Source of the DNA: Massalongia carnosa
Taxonomy: Eukaryota
Direction: 5' to 3'
DNA length: 64,000 nt
Assembly (NCBI GenBank): GCA_965645245.1
Contig: OZ287070.1
Location: 2,170,001 to 2,234,000, forward strand
The notes under the pieces are model-generated. The model had not been told where the DNA came from. It saw only the letters and a program-made list of their open reading frames with translations, and ran no database searches. Shown here in pieces: positions 48,472 to 61,638 of this stretch (position 1 is the first letter of the stretch; each line of letters starts with the position of its first letter). A program made the translations under genes and the position numbers.

Positions 48472-51400
48472 ATGCGAAGAGAGAAGATCGTAAGGAGTTG
48501 CGGGCTTACTTTGAGTCACGCGTTTCCATATCCACTTTACAAATTCCATGGACTTCCAATTTCTACAGTTCCAAAATACAAGTACCGCCTGACTAGAAAT
48601 CCAATCATGTCTTTTACAGCCGGGGAGAAAGAGCAATGGCCTGCTTTGCGAGTAAGGGAAACATTTCTGGATTACTTCAAGAGGAATGGTCATACTTTTG
48701 GTATATATATCGAACTCCTAGGAGAGCCCTAAGCATGATACTGACCGTATCATCTAGTCCCATCTTCTTCGGTCGTGCCACATTCCGATCCGACATTGCT
48801 CTTTACCAATGCCGGCATGAATCAGTATAAATCAATATTTCTAAACACAGTCGATCCTTCCTCTAATTTCGCTCACCTGAAGCGCGCCGTAAACTCGCAG
48901 AAGGTCCGAGCCATATCTGCTTGGACTTCAGCCAGTACGCTAACAGTTGTAGTGTATTCGTGCTGGAGGCAAGCATAACGTAAGCTTCAGCCAAGTTGTT
49001 AAGAGGCACAGGCAGAGGCTTATTTAAAAAGGACCTTGATGATGTTGGGAAAGATAGTTACCATCATGTAGGCTCTCTGCACCTATATTGTATTTGAGAG
49101 CGTTAATCAGAGTTATCAGACATTTTTTGAGATGCTTGGCAACTGGAGCTTTGGTGACTACTTCAAGAAAGGGGCTATAGAGTACTCCTGGGAGCTTCTG
49201 ACCAAGATATATGGTCTACAGCCTGATCGCCTCTATGTGACTTATTTTGAAGGCCATGAAGCCGGGGGGCTAGAGCCCGACCTAGAAGCAAAAGAGTTAT
49301 GGAAAGCTGTAGGGGTTGCTGGCGACCATATCCTTCCTGGAAATATGAAAGACAACTTCTGGGAGATGGGCGAACAAGGGCCTTGTGGACCTTGCAGTGA
49401 GGTTCATTATGATCGAATAGGTGGCAGGAATGCCGCGGAGCTGGTTAATCAAGATGACCCAAACGTGCTTGAGATATGGAACAATGTGTTCATCCAGTAC
49501 AATCGAGAGCCAGATAGATCTTTACGGCCATTACCGAATAAGCATATTGATACGGGAATGGGGTTCGAACGCTTGGTTTCAATTCTTCAAGATAAACCGT
49601 CGAACTACGATACCGATGTTTTTTCACCCCTGTTTCAAACCATAGAGAAAATTACAGGTGCGAGGGAGTACCAAGGTAAATTTGGTAACGAGGATCTAGA
49701 TGGCATTGATACGGCCTATCGAGTGATCGCAGACCACGTACGAACGCTCACATTTGCAATTTCAGACGGTGCTGCACCCAATAATGACGGTCGAGGTTAT
49801 GTTGTCCGCAGGGTACTACGGAGAGGCGCTCGATACGCCCGCAAATACTTTAGATCTGACATTGGAGACTTTTTCTCGAAAATTGTCCCAACCCTAGTTC
49901 AGCAGATGGGTGATATGTTTCCAGAAATTAAGAAGAAAGAGTCAGATGTATTGGAAATTCTAAATGAAGAAGAGGAGTCGTTTGCCAAGACTCTCGATCG
50001 TGGAGAGAGGCAGTTTGAGAATTACGCTCAGCAGTCCAAAATTCAGGATTCAGGACGGCTTCACGGAGCCAATGTATGGCGGTTGTATGATACGTTTGGG
50101 TTTCCAGTGGATCTAACACGGCTTATGGCTGAAGAGAGAGGCCTAGATATAGACGATGCAGAGTTTGAAGAAGCTCGACTCAAGGCCAAGGAGGCCAGCA
50201 GAGGAGAGAAGAAAGCAGCCACTGACCTTGTAAAGCTGGACGTCCATGACATCAATACCCTGTCGAGGATGTCAGGCATTACAACTACGGACGATAGTGC
50301 AAAATACGGCCGAGGCAATATCACATCGCTAATCAAATCTATCTACTATAACAAAGAGTTCCTGCAAAGTACGAAAGATATACCCGAAGGCGAGCAATTC
50401 GGCGTAATACTGGATCGAACAAATTTCTATGCGGAGCAAGGTGGTCAGGAGAACGACACGGGGAAGATTATCATTGATGGTGTTGCCGAAATCGATGTTC
50501 AAAATGTTCAGGTGTATGGTGGATACGTGCTTCATACTGGCTACATTAAGTACGGTTCCCTATCCGTGAACAATGAAGTCCTATGCGAATACGACGAGCT
50601 ACGACGGTGGCCTATTCGAAACAATCATACCGGAACACACATACTTAACTTTGCGCTGCGCGAAGTTCTCGGTGATGGTGTTGATCAACGAGGATCACTT
50701 GTGGCGGCAGAGAAGCTACGTTTCGATTTTTCCCATAAATCCAGCGTCACGGACGCCGAGCTGGAGAAGATTGAGGATATATCCACCAAGTACATTCGTC
50801 AAAACTGCGGAGTCTATGCCAAAGATGTCCCATTGGCAACGGCTCGTGAGATCGAAGGATTGCGCGCCGTGTTTGGGGAAACGTACCCCGATCCTGTACG
50901 AGTTGTATCAGTAGGTGTGGAAGTTGAAGAGCTTCTCCAAAACGTCAAAGACCCTAAATGGCGCGAAGTGAGCGTGGAGTTCTGCGGCGGCACGCACGTG
51001 CAGAAGACAGGCGACATCAAAGATCTCGTTATCCTCGAGGAGAGCGGCATCGCCAAGGGCATCCGACGCATCATCGCCGTGACGGGAGAAGACGCGCACA
51101 CGGTCCAACGGGTCGCGGAGGAATTCGGCGACCGCATCTCCCGCTTGGAGAAGATGGTTCACGGACCGCCCAAGGAGCAAGAAGTAAAGCTTGTCCAGAA
51201 CGATCTGAACCAACTAGCCATTTCCGCCATCACCAAGGCCAAGCTGCGGGAGCGTTTCGCAAAGGTCGTCAAGCAGCAGTTGGACGAACAGAAGGCGCTT
51301 CAGAAGGCGGAAACCAAGAAAGCACAGGATGCAGTGGTGGAGTTTTTCGCTCGCCCCGAGAACAAGGGAAAGGATCATCTGATCACTAGAATCCCAATTT

Positions 51401-51822
51401 CTGCCAATGCGAAAGCCGTCAGCGAAGCTATCAATCACGTCAAGACCAAGAGCAAGGACAAATCCGTCTACATTTTCGCGGCTGACACTACGGGCGGAAA
51501 GGTCATTCATGGCTGCCACGTCTCCGAAGTATGTATCCATTTTTTTATTCTTCCTCCTTTCCGCTCTCCTTCCCTAAAAGGCCCTCCTCACTCAATCCAT
51601 TGCACCTCCTTCCTTTTTCGCTAATACGCACCCACCACCCCACAGGAAGCCAACAAGCGCGGCGCCTCTGCTAGCGATTGGGCCGGCGCCGTTTCGGAAA
51701 TCGTTGGTGGCAAAGCCGGCGGAAAGGGAGCCACAAGCATCGGGAACGGCACCGCGGCGGAGAAAGTCGATGAGGCGCTGGATGCGGCGAGGAAATACCT
51801 GGAGCGTTTTCATATCGGTTGA
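48472..51822 (+). CDS. ALA1: Alanyl-tRNA synthetase; cytosolic start probably 48607, in-frame upstream ATG at 48472
   Basis: [53 protein letters not shown]; editing domain NHTGTH and EFCGGTH; GIRRI; last exon GGKAGGK to TGA 51820-22. Confidence 0.97.
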
Positions 51823-52573
51823 TTTTTGCATTAAGAGAGGAGTGAGGGGTGGGGGAGTCCTAAGGGGGTGGGGTGGGGAGGGTGTGGGGAGGGTGTGGGG
51901 AGGATGTAGACTTGGTGGTATTGTATAGCTTTAAATCAAAAGGAATAGGAGGGTTACTAGACTTTCATTTCCTTGCATTCCCTGTCTAAATACAAGATGC
52001 AGCAGCACGTGGATAAGAGAGCGGAACATTACTTATATGATCTATACTACAAGGGCACTCGACCTTAGCTTAGTGCTGCTCTCGTGCATGAACACTATTC
52101 TCGAAGATGCAAAGGCTGCCTACCTGTATCATGTCCACGACAATCCCCCTCCCCCCAAACATGTGCCATGTGACATTTGAGAATACCTTCCAAAATGCCC
52201 TTTTCTTCTCCGGGTTGTGTGGCATAATGCATCAAACCGGGCCGTTTGTGTTTTTTAAAACCCATTGATGTCGAGGGGCGGAGGAGAGAGGCTTCGGTTG
52301 GAAAGCAATAGATGCTAGGTCTAGGAAAAGAACACATACACACACAGAGAGAGAGAGAGAAAGAGAAGATATGTAGGAAGGAGAAAAACCATGTTGCTAA
52401 TCAGGTTCAATGACTATTGAATGCGTAACGAACGCCTCGAACTGCCGTGGAATTTCTTTCCTCCATTCTCCACTCCCTCTCACAACCTTCCAAATCCAAT
52501 CCGAGCCCCGAGGAATCTATTCCTAAGCGTGGGAACTCCCTGGTGCTGCCGCGCGTGCCCCACAGCTCGGCCT

Positions 52574-53894
52574 CTACTTTCGCTTGGGACGTCCCGAGCG
52601 GCCTTTTACTGAATTTTCAAAGTCCTGGATTAGTCCCATCGCGTTCGAAAATGCCTCGCTGCTTTCCCAGGTGGAATCCTTGGCCGCGTAACCAAGCCAT
52701 TTGACCTTATACTCGGCCCTTTTCCCCCGAAATCGCTTATCCAAGATCCTCTCCACCCTGTACTCCGTCTTTGCTGAAGAGACCGTAGATGTCGAACATC
52801 CCGAAGCGGTGGGAGCTGATGAAGATGGGTAGATCCAGAAAGGTTCCCGGAGGCTTTGCAACGAGGCTTCGGAGAAATCGAGAACTCCGTTAGGATCGAT
52901 CTGCTCAAGGCGGGCTTCCAGTATTTCCAAATCTGGGAATATCCACTTTTGGGCAACATCCTCTTGAATCCAGCCGATGATATTGAACATGCAGCGACGA
53001 GCATCATGGGACTGAGACATTCCCCATCGACGTAATTCTTGCGCCAAATAGGTGATGGTGCCATTGGCAGCTCGGGAAGCCCAATGCACGCGCAAAGTAT
53101 CTTGGTACATGTTAACACTCATGGTGAACACCAGCCCCATATCGAAAAAGCTATCCTCTCTCACCACGGCGCGCTTCAGCTGAAGGATATTATTTACCAT
53201 GACTGCGCCGTTATATTGGTTCTGAAGATCTGACACGTATTCCTTGCCTAACGGGCTCTTAGCTTCAGCTGTGAATAATGGCCATGCCAAGGCCGTGTCC
53301 GGAGTCATGTGACCTTTTAGATATCCTGAAGCCCGAGGGCTACGTATTTGCTATTGGATTCCATCCAATAGCTTGATCGGGTTGTGGCACCGGGAGTGGC
53401 GTCGTCATGCTTGGGGGTAAATGCACTGATCTGCCCCATGCCTGGTTGGCTTGAATGGCCATCTCATTGCTGTCCCAGATATCATCCAAGGGAAGCAGTT
53501 TTGCAAGAACTGCTTGGAACAATCCAGATTCGTTCCGGCATTTCCAAGCTCTCCGCGCGAGATTAAGCTGAGGTCCAGATTCGGCATTCAACGAGGGCCG
53601 CCCTAAGACTTCCTCGATATATTTGATATTTTGAGGTGAGGTGGGAGTGTCGATGGCGGGGTGAATATGACGATCCATTAAAAGTTCACTATGAAGAGTT
53701 GGGTTAGCATTCATGGTGCGTAAGAACAGACGCTGCGTAGATGTGGTTTCTGTATCAGAGATCTGCTCGTCAGTGGATTTGCCGTCTAAGGAAAAATGCT
53801 GTGGTACTGTATCAAGAGAAGTATAGTTTATGCTTTGGGCAGGTATTAAATCCGCCTCTTTACAGCGAGGCCCAAAGTTGTAATCGGTGTCCAT
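52574..53894 (-). CDS. PD-(D/E)xK-like nuclease-fold protein fused to a C-terminal chromodomain, one frameshift near 53350
   Basis: NE...NQAW...PQPDQAIG / WPLFTAEAK...LQNQYNGA...LRVHW, then EYRVERILDKR...EYKVKWLGY...STWE and basic tail GRPKRK. Confidence 0.7.
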
Positions 53895-54911
53895 CGTTTG
53901 TCAATAAATTTGGCGTTGTTTCAAAATAAAAAAATCTTAATTCGAAACTTGTTAGAGAGATATATATCCCAGCTCCTATGTTGTCTAGTTTCACAGTAGA
54001 ACATCTCCCTTGGTCTGGGATTTTTGGACGATCAAAGAAAAAACCTACCTTTTTAGGATAAGAAGAACAGGAAGAAGGCCGGAAGAATTACTGATACCGT
54101 TTGCGGAAGACTGCATCAGGAACAGTGTCATATTACTACCCCCTTTTTTTCAACCCTTGGATAAACAAAGGGGACACTCCTTTATCTTCCTTATTTTCGT
54201 CATTTTATTGCAGCGAAGATCATATGTAGTCTTCCTTTGCCATGCTAGAATGCCTGGAATGAAACCCATCTTGCAAGCACGTCAAGACCTCAGCAAGCCA
54301 ATAAACTGATTACCCATGTAGATATCAAGGCGATCCTTGACTACTGCAGACCTAACGCTAATAAGCTGGGATTGGGTGGAGGCGCTGGTATGCCGTACTC
54401 GACCCATGCAGGAAAATCCGTTATCTTTTAATTTGATACAAGAGGCGGCATCGAAATGGTTTGCGAAGCCTGAAATCTGAATGATTGGAAACTAATTTGG
54501 CATCGACGGTTGTAAATAGCTACCCTCACGTGGTGATTGAAGCTTGAGATTAGATTAGATTACATATTATCAGCTAGATGAGATAAGCGAATCGCTCCAG
54601 TCACATGTCTGCCAGTCTGCCAGGCACCCAGGGCAAAAGACCTAAGGACTCCACGTGACCCGCTGCCCGGTGCGTGGACACATCGTCTGGTTCTTTTGCT
54701 ATATTGCTCTTTTGCCCTCTCGCAGAACCACAGAGAACAACGTTATATTTTTTATATAGCAGACGTGTTGGCAGGCATTCATGATGGCCTAGTCGTCTGT
54801 TCCAAGTGGCTGACGTACATGGGTCCAAGGCGGTAAACGTCTGATCCCAGAAATGGCGATCCAAGACCTGCAAGCAGATTTCAACCCTCAGATACTACGA
54901 AACATCTCATC

Positions 54912-56538
54912 ATGCAGTGCGACATTTGCAAACGCCCATCAAGTAGTCGTCTTCCCTTTAATTGTGTCGACTGTGCGCGAAATGCTCTGTATGAGCCACG
55001 AGTACAACTCGCGCAGATTCTGCTTCAAAACGAAGCTATCTCTAAAGACGTGGAACGAAATATAGGTGCAAAATCGACAAGCAACAACAGCAGGACGGTA
55101 GCTAATATCAAGTCTCCGGAGCTCCGTGGAGCATGGACACTCGAGCAGGCTAAAGGAGACCAAATTTGTTCAACAGCCAAAACGCAGGCTATGCTGAGCC
55201 ATGTTGAAGCCTTGCGTAAAGAGACGGAAAGCATGAAAATCGAAGTGGCCAAGAGAAAATCAAGCCTTCTCAAGCGTCGGTCTGTTCTCAAATCGGCCGT
55301 CAATGCTTTATCGCAACATGAGTTGGTGGCCCTGAAGCCAGTGGAGAAGGGAGTGAGACGCATTCAACATCGGTGGGACGCCATCCACACCAAGACTGCC
55401 GAGTCGCGAGTTTTCCTTTGCCGAGAGGCTGCTCAACTGTACGGGCTACAGCAGCGCAAGCGGAGAAAAGGCACACTGGGCAGAGATGTCTATCTGATTG
55501 GAGGAATTCCCATTGTAGATCTCAGAGACCTGAATAGTAACCCTACCCGCTTGATCCGTTTTTCTATCCTCAAGCTGATACAAATTCCACGAAGATGCCT
55601 CTTCAGCTCAGGTTACCACGTCTATCACCAATCTTGCTCACCTCATTCATCTCGTCTCCCACTACCTTTCCATCCGTCTTCCCGCTGAAATCACCCTCAG
55701 CCACCGCGACTACCCCCTCCCCACCATCTTCTCCCCGGCATCTTCTTACACCCCACGGGAGGTCCCCTTCCCCGGTTCCTCAAACAATAGTCCCTCCGCC
55801 TCGCGCACAGCCGACCAACGTTCCCTTCCCCGCCCCCGGCCCCTCCATCTCGATAAAAAACTCTCCGTCCTAGCCAAAGAAGATTCAGTTGCCTATGCTT
55901 TTTTTGTTGAGGGTATTACGTTCTTAGCCTGGGATGTCGCCTGGGTATGCAAAACTCAAGGCCTTGACGTCAGTGCCGGCTCTTGGGAAGAAGTTTGCGC
56001 TATGGGCCGGAATCTCTGGCAGCTTCTCGTCGGCCCTCCCGCTCAAAACAGCACAAGTCCGCCTCCAGCGACAAGAATAGCGCTATCAATTCAAGACACC
56101 CCTTCTAGACCAACAATCTTCCGCAACCCAACCTCCATGCATCCTCCTCATCCGCCACCTTCCCTCTCCCTCAAGCCTCCCTCCTCACCTACCTCGCTCG
56201 GCTACTACTCCCACGGCACGGCGCACTCGTTCCTCGCTGGTGCCGAAGGCGCAGAATACCTACACGGGTGGCGATTGCAGTCGCCCGTCAAGGTGATTGA
56301 AAAAGTGAAGGCGATGCTGCTGAGCGAGCGCACGGGCGCCGAATGGGAGATTCTAGAGGGGAACGAGTGGCTGGACGAGGAAGGGGGGGAAGGGGAGCGC
56401 ACTGGTGATAGTTCTGCTGCTCGGAAGGGAGGGGACGAGGGGAAGGCCAGAGATATGACTGCGGGGGGGGAAGGGGAGGAGGGCAAGAGCAAGGGAACGA
56501 ACGGGTGGATGAAGGTGAAGAGCCGGGCGGGGGTTTAA
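54912..56538 (+). CDS. Atg14/Vps38(UVRAG)-family PI3K complex subunit
   Basis: CxxC...CxxC N-terminus, coiled coil, ESRVFLCREAAQLYGL, SHYLSIRLPAEITL, LAWDVAWVCKTQG, LGYYSHGTAHSFL; one intron ~55538-55594. Confidence 0.85.
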
Positions 56539-57599
56539 TTTAGATGGAATAAATATCTCGTTTTTTATTGTTCTTCTTTTAAACCGCATTGCTGGGTATT
56601 TAGAGCGACGGGTTTGAGAAATTAGAGCTGGTCAAGTTTTTTTGGTGGCAGTCATCCATCAACCAACGGACAAGGTATGTATCTAAGTGCCTGTACATAT
56701 ACATGACCCCCGTTTTACTTATATAGGTATCATCACACCGCATCGCTCGCTTTAACTACCTAATCTTCAAATCTCCCGTTCTGTTCATTCGCTTATTTCT
56801 TCCTACTTATCCAGAAAAGAACTTTCCACCCATCTAGTTACCTACCCAACCAAGTTCTATGTACCTGGCTCTCTTTTCGCTCTTTTTCTATTCTCCCTGC
56901 ATGCATGCATTCATGCACGCATGCATATATAAAATGTATGTAAAGAGTAATGTATGTATAGATGCATGTATGAATTATATATTGCATGTATGCAGATATG
57001 TATGTACGTGAAGTCTTCAGGGTGAGAGCAAAGATGTCGAGAAAGGGGCACTACTACCTATGGAATGAGTGAGACATAAGGTAACCAGTCTCGTTGAAAT
57101 ATCCTTTATACATAGGTAGGTAGGTAAGTAAGGATCTAGGGGGTTTAGCCAATCGGGCCTCTCTTTCGTCGACCTTATCCCCAACCTTCTGGACAGCGGC
57201 GCCAGGGTGTGATGGACTAAGCTTCGAGTTTTATACAGGCTTGGGGGGGGGAGGGCGGAATTGAACGTCTAGGTAACCGGTTCTTGGGATATTTTTAGAA
57301 TTTGGGGAAATAGGATAAGTGTAGCTTGGGGGGACAAGAAATATTGAGAAGAAAGAACGCTGGTGACAAATAATATGATTATAGTAGGAAGTAAAACTCT
57401 GGGAACTTGAGAGGAGACTAGTTACATTTGCTAGAATCCTCTGACCAAAGTGCATTCCACACATCTTTGATATTGCCTGGAAATCGAAGATAGGCCATTT
57501 TCACAATATAATCGCGAACTTTCCGGGCCACGGACGCCGACGGTCTGGGCAGGAGGTTTTCTGCCAGGTTCAATTGCGCGCGCGCTGAGACAGAAGACT

Positions 57600-58570
57600 C
57601 ATCGCCATGCCCATGGTTATTGCGGCAGAGTTACACGTCCCAGGCCCACATATAAACCGAACCCTAGAACCCCCGTCCGCTGCTACCTAAAAGATACATT
57701 GACGGATCTGGACAGAGATTTGGAGCTCGTCTTCCCGGTGTCCATGTCGACTCCTCCCATCGTGATGATGAGTATATCGGGCCTGGAGACCCAGATTGCG
57801 AGTAACAGGTGCATTCCAGAATACAGAATTTGCTCAATTTTCCATTGCTTGTTGACTGACGGACACACAAACACGACTTGGAAAATTTTAAATGAATCTC
57901 GGTGCAGCTTTTCATCCTTGTTGGTTCTATCCATGGGGTTATTTATAGCTCCAAATCCTGTCTCGGGCCATGGTGTAGACCTTCACTTCACTCAATACTC
58001 CCTATTTCTGCTTTGAGATACCTTCTGACATGTTTTCAATCCATATAAGAAGGAACTAACGTATGGTACGACTTGAATCAGCATTAGGAACCCTTTTTAA
58101 AGCGACTCTGTACTCTGAGCTAGCAACAACCGAGGTCGTTCCTAGCATATGACCTTCAAATTCATCAAGAATAACATACTGAGGATTGCCTTTTGTGATA
58201 ATTAGTTCTGCTGTAACTGACCCAGCTAGATCGATTAAGTATCCGTCGATATCTTCTCTCTCATTCTCTGGATATGCATAGTCCAATGTACGACCCGATG
58301 GAGGTATTAATCTTTAGGCCAAATGCTCGGAAGCATTTCTCTGCGTCACAATCTTAATCCCCGTTTTTGACGCTGCCTAGAAATCCAGGGTATCCATTTA
58401 CTTCGAGAGGAGCAACGGCTATGATGACTCTAATGTTATCTGTAACCGTCTTGATTTTCTTGACTTCTCCCTTTGTCAATGGAACGGTCCAAAAGAATGT
58501 TTCATCGTTATTTCAGACGTACGAATATTTTCGGGATTGTTCACAGCTGCAGTCATCGCCACTAAGAAGA
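57600..58570 (-). pseudogene. Decayed subtilisin-like (S8) serine protease
   Basis: Collinear degenerate motifs: prodomain-like FWTVPLT, QRNASEHL, DYAYPEN...YLID (Asp region), DEFEGH...SVVASSEYRVALK (His region), IITMGGVD; many stops. Boundaries approximate. Confidence 0.5.
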
Positions 58571-60705
58571 TGGCATTTTGGAACTACGTTCCCATGATCA
58601 GATTGGCATACTATTCGAACCATGGGAACGCTGCGAGACCCGAAATTCTCCCCGGAACTTTGAACCCCTTTGAGACAGATATTGGCGGTTTCCCAGGCTT
58701 TTTGCCCCCTAATCTGGGCTAAACAGCGCAGACTTACTTGGGAATTTTGCGTATAAAAATATAACTCAGCTTTATTTGGGCATAGCTTTATGTACTATGG
58801 TTTGAAGCACTACCTGAAAGTGATAGAGGCTCCGGCCCAAGCGCACCAGGCGCATTCGGGTTTCGAAACAATTTTGTTGAATCGTCAACAATATCGTCTG
58901 TTGCAGGCTGACCATTACTGTCGGATGGCGGTGGCACAGTTTTGCTCCCGGCAGGTGGATCAGCTCCGCTAAACCAATCAATGGGAGCCTGACCACCATG
59001 CAGAGAGGCCCGCCGACAGCCACCCCACCATACAATCCAGTCTCAACTAGTCCATTGAAGAGGGATTCTCCAGCGGCCCATACTACATCGAACACATCGA
59101 TGCCTACATCACCGCCATCTAAAACGGGAGTAGAAAGAAGCAAGACAGTGATTGAATTTTGTGTGGTCTTACCAATCATGCCTAGGGAGTCACAAAAAAT
59201 TTCTCGTGATGTATGTTACGTATTGACAAATCATCGCATCGATGTGATGAAAAAAGGTAAGAAAAAAAAAGAGGCACGCGTTTGATCATGTGTCCTTTGG
59301 TTGCAGGGCAACCTCATCCTATCTTCACGGTTGAAACAGAAGGAGATGGGTGATAAATAGCTCTAGACACGGCAGGTACTGTAGATAAGAGATCGTGGCT
59401 GGGAACGAGAGGGGAGGAGCTCCCATTTCGCAGAATAGTTTTCATCATTGCTCACCAACGAACTTTTATTCAATCAAGGATTCACCATGAACACGCCATC
59501 TCTCGAAATCGGCGGCATAAGCATGTTTTGAATGAGCTCATTCCTATACGTTGTCGCCTTGTGCTGCCGTCGGGTCTTGTTCATTGCTCAAGATCTGTTC
59601 TCGTTCTTTCAACGATAGGATTTCCCACAGTTTAAAACTCCCTTGTTCTTCAGCCGTTGGGTTTGACATTCACAAGCAGCCCAAAGCGCCGAAACGTGTA
59701 CGTAAGCGAAACGCCGAGGAAGGGATCGAAAGAGAGATGGCGGTAGAGTTCATTCGTATACGTTTTCTGCATACTCTGTAGAACCGACAGCGTATGAATA
59801 AACGATCAGGACGAGAAGCTCAAACAGTGACGTGGAGGTAGAAATATCGGGTTGAAGCGACAAATACTCTAGCGAGGGTGTTAGGGTTTCCATGATGGAT
59901 TGGGGGATTAGGGTTAGTCAAGCACAGAGCAAAGAAACAATTAATAGCACGCGCTGATTTGACCCCTGAGGTACTCTGTACCGAGTACCGTAATCCAACC
60001 AATTTTAAAAACTTAGGCGCCAAGGATCTGGATTGCTTGAAGGAGATTTGCTTGAAAGGCTTGACGCCTTACTTAGGGTCACTTAGGTCCGCAGTCTTAT
60101 GTACTTAAGGGCAAAGGCACCAACCGGTAACTTGTTGGTTCTCCCGTCCACGCAGTCCACGTAAGTTACTGTTTAGTCACAGTCACGCCGGAAATTACAG
60201 GAACGACTTTGTTCCGCAACAGCATCACTGTTGTTCCGCTTTAAGACCGGACACCCTTCATCTCCTACCTCAATTTCTTCCATCTTCACAACACTTTTTG
60301 ACGACGCGCTCTTTCAGTTCACGACATTCATTCAGAGACAAGCCACTCCTTTCTTGTTCTCTGTCTACCCTCGTGAATCGATTGTCCCTCTTCTGTTTAG
60401 TCCTTCACAATCCTCATTGCTCATTCCGGCCAAAACAAACAAACGAGATCGTGAAAGGTACGTTTATCTCGGAAACCACATTTCCCTTTTTAATGATTAC
60501 TTCACGCTTTTTCTGGCCAGTCTGTATCTAATTTTGTCCACCATCTCAATTTTTTAATTTTCGTCGCATCCTGTAAACCCAGCGCTGGTCGCTAATTTTA
60601 ATCTTTCTTTCCAGAGTGAATTCGGCGTATCCTCTCGATTCCATCGGACGAGACTTGTCTTCGATAGATCACAATTTACTACTTGCAATACCACCAACCT
60701 TTGAT

Positions 60706-61638
60706 ATGCGATTTTCGTATAGCACACTCGTCGTGGCTGCGCTCAGCCTGGAATACGCCATCGCGCAGCCGGCGCACCACAGGCACCATCATCATAAACA
60801 TCGGCGAACCGATTACTCCAATGCTGATGTCTCCGCAGTGGATTTCAACAATAAGGACGTTTACAAGGGGGTTGACTTTGGCACCTTAGATTATAGCGGT
60901 AAAACTCCACCACCAGCTGCAAATGACTCGGGCGTTTCGAAGACAAAAGATGACCCTAAGGTTAACCCCAAAGCCGATCCTAAGGTTGACCCTACTGTTA
61001 ACCCTAAAGTCAATACCAAAGACGTTTCAACCGGCCAAGGTTCTAGCGATGGCTCATCGGGCCCTCAATTCGGCGGCAGGACCGATCCAATTGACGATGG
61101 CAACAAAGACCACTATATTGGCAATGTCGGCAAGCCTTACGGAAGCAATATGCAGAAAGTCGCTGAATCGGACCTGGGCAAGTGCAAGTACAGCATCAAC
61201 TTCATCAACCAGGGTGGAGAATCCATCACGGTCATTGTATGGAATAAATCCGGAAGAGATGGACAAGCCCAGTCTGGCATGAGCTTAGAACCAAACTTGA
61301 AAATGCCCTTGGGCATTGGCGAGTCCCAAGCGGTCTGTTTCGACGAAAACAGCCAAGTTGCCTTTTCTCAAGATTGTATAAGGGATCCTCTAAAGGGCAA
61401 TCTTCCCGATTGCACTTGGGGCGAGGCAGACTTTGGGGACCTTCGCAACGGTGCCTGGAGCGGTTACGACCGTTCGTCAATCCCCAACGGCGCCGGAAAC
61501 ACTGGCCTGCTGACCATCTCGTGCCCCAACGGAGAGACTAGTAGCAAAGAGAGCAACAGCTTCGAAAACGTTGCACAGACGAACGCAGGAGGATCGCTTG
61601 TTCCTGGGCCCGTCCATCTGAAAGCCCAGATGGGTTAA
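60706..61638 (+). CDS. Secreted Asp f 4 allergen-like protein
   Basis: Signal peptide, His-rich stretch plus RR site, YIGNVGKPYGSN, VIVWNKSG, VCFDENSQ, TWGEADFG, WSGYDRS. Confidence 0.8.
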   Translation: MRFSYSTLVVAALSLEYAIAQPAHHRHHHHKHRRTDYSNADVSAVDFNNKDVYKGVDFGTLDYSGKTPPPAANDSGVSKTKDDPKVNPKADPKVDPTVNPKVNTKDVSTGQGSSDGSSGPQFGGRTDPIDDGNKDHYIGNVGKPYGSNMQKVAESDLGKCKYSINFINQGGESITVIVWNKSGRDGQAQSGMSLEPNLKMPLGIGESQAVCFDENSQVAFSQDCIRDPLKGNLPDCTWGEADFGDLRNGAWSGYDRSSIPNGAGNTGLLTISCPNGETSSKESNSFENVAQTNAGGSLVPGPVHLKAQMG

